IMG/VR virus record: IMGVR_UViG_3300032250_000032
Span: 1 to 30,130 of that record
From: a virus
Taxonomy: Duplodnaviria; Caudoviricetes
DNA length: 30,130 nt
Reading direction: 5' to 3' (one strand)
Shown here: positions 26,565 to 30,130 of the stretch, in pieces
Layout: each line of letters opens with the position of its first letter
Numbering within the stretch: position 1 is the first letter of the stretch
The notes under the pieces: generated by a model
Seen by the model: only the letters and a program-made list of their open reading frames with translations
Databases searched by the model: none
Told to the model about the DNA's origin: nothing
Made by a program: the position numbers and the translations under genes

Positions 26565-27420
26565 AAACGGGTCAGGGGTCTATACACTCCCAGCAGGCAA
26601 TCCAGTAGTTAGCCAAACTGTTATCTCGTCAACATGGGCTAATAACACCATGAATGACTTGGCTTCTGCTATGACGGATTCAGTTGCCGCAGATGGTCAA
26701 ACCCCAATGACAGGGCCATTAAACATGAACAGTAATAAGGTTACAAACCTTGCTACTGGCACAAATAGCAACGATGGTATTAATTTTACTCAATTTAACA
26801 CCCCTACTTTTGGCGGTGCAGTTACCTGTAGTTCTACTCTATCGGTTGCTGGTGATACCACAATGGCGGGTAATTTAGCGGTCAATAGCACAGGTCAAAT
26901 TAAGTTACCTAACGGCTCAACCGCCCAACGCTCTGCTACACCAGCCGTAGGTTCAATACGCTACAACACCACCCTACAGCAATTTGAAGGCTATTCGACC
27001 TATAGCGGTCAAACCATTAGTTCTATTACTCGTGTTACAACCACCGCTACCCTAACAACCGCATCGGCACATAACCTGACTACAGGTACATTTGTCACAG
27101 TTAGCGGTGCTGTTCCTGTTGAATATAATGGTACTTTTAGCATTACTGTAGTAGATGCCGTTAGCTTTACTTACACCATGCTTACTACCCCATCGGGTTC
27201 AGCATCAACTGTAGGTTCGTATTTAGTGGGAAAATGGTCACAAATTGGCGGTGGGGCAACAGGTAATGGCGGTGACCAAGTATTTGTGGAAAATAGCCAA
27301 GTCGTAACCGCTTCGTATCAAATTCCTACGGGAAAGAACGCATCGACTGTTTCACCCATTACAATCAATGGTGGCGTAGTAGTAACTGTTCCTAGCGGTA
27401 GTCGCTGGGTCGTTTTATAA
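26557..27420 (+). CDS. Tail fibre base / adaptor protein
   Basis: MSRNGSG.Y.LP...PVV..T.ISS.WAN virion-attachment-type N-terminus, P.G.TAQR and FEGY motifs, C-terminal GSRWVVL module. Confidence 0.75.
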   Translation: MSRNGSGVYTLPAGNPVVSQTVISSTWANNTMNDLASAMTDSVAADGQTPMTGPLNMNSNKVTNLATGTNSNDGINFTQFNTPTFGGAVTCSSTLSVAGDTTMAGNLAVNSTGQIKLPNGSTAQRSATPAVGSIRYNTTLQQFEGYSTYSGQTISSITRVTTTATLTTASAHNLTTGTFVTVSGAVPVEYNGTFSITVVDAVSFTYTMLTTPSGSASTVGSYLVGKWSQIGGGATGNGGDQVFVENSQVVTASYQIPTGKNASTVSPITINGGVVVTVPSGSRWVVL

Positions 27421-27429
27421 GGAAAATAT

Positions 27430-28326
27430 ATGTCTATTGTCTTATTAGGCTCAACTAGCGGAAGCTGTACGCTACAGGAACAAGCGGTAGCAGGTACTAC
27501 TGTTTTGACATTGCCGACTACTAGCGGAACTGTGCTTGTTGGATATTCCGTTAACTATTTAGTCGTTGCTGGCGGTGGTGGTGGTGGATTTGATGAGGCT
27601 GGCGGTGGCGGTGCTGGTGGATTGCTTGCTGGCTCAACAACATTAATTACAGGCTCTACATCTTCTATTATTGTAGGTTCAGGTGGGGCTGGCTCATCGT
27701 CTGGTCGAGGTGCTTCTGGCGGGAATTCGTCATTTGGTGGAATTATTGCATCAGGCGGTGGCGGTGGCGGTGCTGGGTCTTCTGGCACATCTGACAAAAC
27801 TGGCGGCAATGGTGGTTCAGGCGGTGGTGGTGGACAAGAAAACTCTTCTGGCGGTTCTGGTATTAGTGGTCAAGGTTTTGCTGGTGGTACTGGTAACTAT
27901 ACTGGTCCAGCATATCCGGGCGGGGGCGGTGGCGGTGCAGATGGTGTTGGTGGGGATGCTACAGCTACAACTGCTGGAAATGGCGGTTCTGCTGTTATTA
28001 GTTCAATTACTGGTTCTTCTGTAGGTTATGCAGGGGGTGGTGGCGGTGCTGGTCGAGGTTCAGGCGGTACTGCTGGAACTGGTGGCGGCAATGGAAATGC
28101 AAACGCTAACGGCTCAAACGCAACTGCAAATCGTGGTGGCGGTGGCGGTGGTTCAGGTGTAGATAATGGTGGAACTGGTGGAAATGGTGGTTCAGGTATT
28201 GTTATTCTTTCTATACCAACGGCAAACTATTCAGGAACATATACTGGCACTTTAATTACTCCTCCTTACACAAGCGGTTCAAATACAATTTTACAATTTT
28301 CATCTTCAGGGAGTTACACAACATGA
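27430..28326 (+). CDS. Glycine-rich fibre-tip / adhesin-like protein
   Basis: YLVVAGGGGGG...GGSGIVIL polyglycine domain; N-terminal GSTSG..TL...AVAGT..LTLP..SGT linker. Confidence 0.75.
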   Translation: MSIVLLGSTSGSCTLQEQAVAGTTVLTLPTTSGTVLVGYSVNYLVVAGGGGGGFDEAGGGGAGGLLAGSTTLITGSTSSIIVGSGGAGSSSGRGASGGNSSFGGIIASGGGGGGAGSSGTSDKTGGNGGSGGGGGQENSSGGSGISGQGFAGGTGNYTGPAYPGGGGGGADGVGGDATATTAGNGGSAVISSITGSSVGYAGGGGGAGRGSGGTAGTGGGNGNANANGSNATANRGGGGGGSGVDNGGTGGNGGSGIVILSIPTANYSGTYTGTLITPPYTSGSNTILQFSSSGSYTT

Positions 28327-28670
28327 GCCATTTTGCTAAAGTTTTGAACGGCAAAGTCGTTCAATTAATTGTTGCCGAACCTGAATTTTTTCAAACCTTT
28401 GTAGATTCTTCAGCAGGAGAATGGATTCAGACTTCCTACAACACTCATGGAAACCAACATAAGTTAGGCGGCACACCTTTGCGTGGTAACTTTGCTGGCA
28501 TTGGTTATGTTTACGACAAAACAAACGATGTATTTTACGAACCACAACCTTATGCTTCATGGACATTAAATCAATCTACTTGGATTTGGGAAGCCCCAGC
28601 ACCACACCCACAAGATGGTAAAAAATATAGCTGGGATGAATCTACAACAAGCTGGAAGGAGATTGAATAA
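28323..28670 (+). CDS. Small partner of the Gly-rich protein (tail fibre assembly-like)
   Basis: MSHFAK, WIQTSYN, LR.NFAGIG..YD, F..PQPY.SW, WDE...W motifs; ATGA coupling. Confidence 0.7.
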   Translation: MSHFAKVLNGKVVQLIVAEPEFFQTFVDSSAGEWIQTSYNTHGNQHKLGGTPLRGNFAGIGYVYDKTNDVFYEPQPYASWTLNQSTWIWEAPAPHPQDGKKYSWDESTTSWKEIE

Positions 28671-29272
28671 TGCCTGTAACCTTAAACGCATCTACATCTA
28701 GTGGTTTAGTACAAACTGCTGATACAAGTGGAACAATCGAACTACAAAGTAATGGTACTACTAAACTAACAGTAAGCTCTAGTGGTGCTTATGGTCAATT
28801 AATAAGTGGTACTGCCGTAGCATCTACAAGCGGAACAAGCATTGACTTTACTAGCATACCTAGCTGGGTAAAGCGTGTAACTGTTAATTTTAATGATGTT
28901 AGTACCAATGGTGCTGCTTATATTAGACTTCAATTAGGGGTTAGTGGAACGCCTGAAACAACTGGTTATACATCAGGTACAACATTAATTACTAATGTTC
29001 CATCAACAACAACTTCTTTTAGTACAGCAGGTATTGATATATTCGGTGCTGTTGCTACCTATGCACTTAATGGAAATATTGTGTTTAATAGTTTGGGCAG
29101 TAATATTTGGACTTTTACTGGTATAACTTGTAATACAACTACTGTACCTTATGTTCAGCAAACGGCTGGTTCAAAAACATTAGCTGGAACTTTAAATATG
29201 GTTCGCATTACTACTTCTAACGGCACAGATACATTTGATGCTGGCTCAATTAACATTTTGTATGAAGGTTAA
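28670..29272 (+). CDS. Beta-rich fibre-tip-like protein
   Basis: ASTSGTSIDFT.IPSWVKR.TV...GTDTFDAGSINILYE domain; T/S/G-rich. Confidence 0.7.
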   Translation: MPVTLNASTSSGLVQTADTSGTIELQSNGTTKLTVSSSGAYGQLISGTAVASTSGTSIDFTSIPSWVKRVTVNFNDVSTNGAAYIRLQLGVSGTPETTGYTSGTTLITNVPSTTTSFSTAGIDIFGAVATYALNGNIVFNSLGSNIWTFTGITCNTTTVPYVQQTAGSKTLAGTLNMVRITTSNGTDTFDAGSINILYEG

Positions 29273-29274
29273 TT

Positions 29275-29451
29275 ATGGAACGAATTGAAATCAATGTACA
29301 AACTGGTGAGCAACAAACTGTTCAATTAACTGCTGAAGAAATCGCACAAGCACAAACACAATACGCAGAGTGGCTTGCTAATCAGCCTACCAAAGAAGAA
29401 CAGATTGCTAAACTGCAAGAACAGATTGACGCTATAAAAGGAGTCGCATAA
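29275..29451 (+). CDS. Small 58-aa partner protein (MERIEINVQTGE...LTAEEIA) with coiled-coil end
   Basis: Hand-translated; GAAGG RBS; stop overlaps the next ATG (TAATG). Confidence 0.75.
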   Translation: MERIEINVQTGEQQTVQLTAEEIAQAQTQYAEWLANQPTKEEQIAKLQEQIDAIKGVA

Positions 29452-29903
29452 TGCCATTAACTATATCGGGCGATACACCAAACTTTAGTGCCGCAACAAT
29501 AACTGCTTTAACCAGCACTACTGGAACTGTTACTACATTAAACGCACCTAGCGGAGTTCTTGCTACTCAGAATGGCATGACAGGTATTGCTAAAGCATGG
29601 GTAAATTACAATGGTGCAACTCAAACTATAAACAGTTCATTCAATGTCAGTTCGGTAACAAGAAATTCTACTGGTTATTACACAGTTAATTTTACAACTG
29701 CTATGCCCAATGCCAATTATGCTCAATCTTTAGCACAAAGTCCATCTTATGGAGCGGCATTTCCAACCCCTGCAATAAACTCAAATAGTTCAACTTTGGG
29801 CGAAGTAGCACCAACCACAACGGCTTGTAGTTTTATTTGTGCAATTAGCCTTGCAACTTATTTTGACGCTAAATATATTAATTTTATTGCATTTGCTTCA
29901 TAA
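29451..29903 (+). CDS. Beta-rich fibre-tip-like protein
   Basis: AKAWVN.NG...I..SFNVSSVT...TG.YTVNF.TAMP.ANY domain typical of phage fibre C-termini; AAGGAG RBS. Confidence 0.7.
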   Translation: MPLTISGDTPNFSAATITALTSTTGTVTTLNAPSGVLATQNGMTGIAKAWVNYNGATQTINSSFNVSSVTRNSTGYYTVNFTTAMPNANYAQSLAQSPSYGAAFPTPAINSNSSTLGEVAPTTTACSFICAISLATYFDAKYINFIAFAS

Positions 29904-29912
29904 GGATAAATC

Positions 29913-30130
29913 ATGTCACAAGTAATTATTTTTACAAACAACAATGGCGGTGTATCAGTCTGCGTTCCTACTGGCGAATTGCCTATTGAACAAGTATTAG
30001 CAAAAGATTGCCCTGAAGGTGCAATTATTGTTGACAGCGATACATTGCCTAACAACGATTTTTTTAATGCATGGGAACTTAATGACACGATTGTAACAGT
30101 CAATTTTGACAAAGCCAAAGCAATTACTAA
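29913..30130 (+). CDS. Small partner protein (MSQVIIFTN.NGGVSV.VPTGE...LP..DFFNAW), truncated by the window edge
   Basis: Hand-translated open frame to the end of the window; AAGGA RBS. Confidence 0.7.
   Translation, partial: MSQVIIFTNNNGGVSVCVPTGELPIEQVLAKDCPEGAIIVDSDTLPNNDFFNAWELNDTIVTVNFDKAKAIT

Noticed and set aside
27418-27432. In-frame stop read-through joining 26557-27420 to 27430-28326 (TAA GGA AAA TAT ATG)
   Set aside because: The spacer is an ordinary AAGGA RBS, TAA is a poor read-through codon, and the sister GSRWVVL gene at 14034 is not in frame with its neighbour.
63-30118. Opposite-strand or alternate-frame ORFs in the track (e.g. 63-251, 963-1214, 3392-3598, 9229-9471, 13332-13676, 16423-16800, 27555-27809, 29858-30118)
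   Set aside because: Shadows of well-supported genes, with no recognisable motifs; the Pro-rich one simply mirrors Gly codons.
1-30130. tRNA/rRNA genes, alternative genetic code, lysis or integration genes
   Set aside because: Intergenic gaps are too short or lack cloverleaf motifs, all genes read intact in the standard code, and no lysin or integrase motif was seen in this window.

Overview
A 30 kb segment of a tailed dsDNA phage genome, roughly 40% GC by eye, with a podovirus-type (P22-like) gene order. Nearly all genes are on the + strand. From left to right: (1) the end of a replication/recombination block (replication-initiator-like protein, C5 DNA methyltransferase, PD-(D/E)xK and Ref-like HNH nucleases, VRR-NUC, an inverted metallophosphoesterase + SprT-like peptidase pair, a SAM methyltransferase, a ferritin-like protein and four small basic proteins); (2) a 324-aa orphan followed by a convergent leftward three-gene operon with its own near-consensus sigma70 promoter, operator-like palindrome and terminal XRE-HTH gene, i.e. 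acr-aca-like architecture; (3) the morphogenesis block (TerS, TerL, portal, Ser/Thr-rich fibre, GT9-like glycosyltransferase, HNH-AP2 homing endonuclease, scaffold, major capsid, cement, adaptor, nozzle, GNAT, four ejection proteins, tail-fibre base and a tandem array of tip + small partner gene pairs running off the right edge). On manual reading GATC, GCGC, CGCG and ACGT are absent, and I noticed CCNGG and GGWCC only once each, side by side in one fibre gene. The Pro-Gly dipeptide, which obligatorily creates CCNGG, is correspondingly almost missing from the encoded proteins. No tRNA, CRISPR array, integrase or lysis gene was recognised. All product calls rest on motif recognition and synteny, not database searches.
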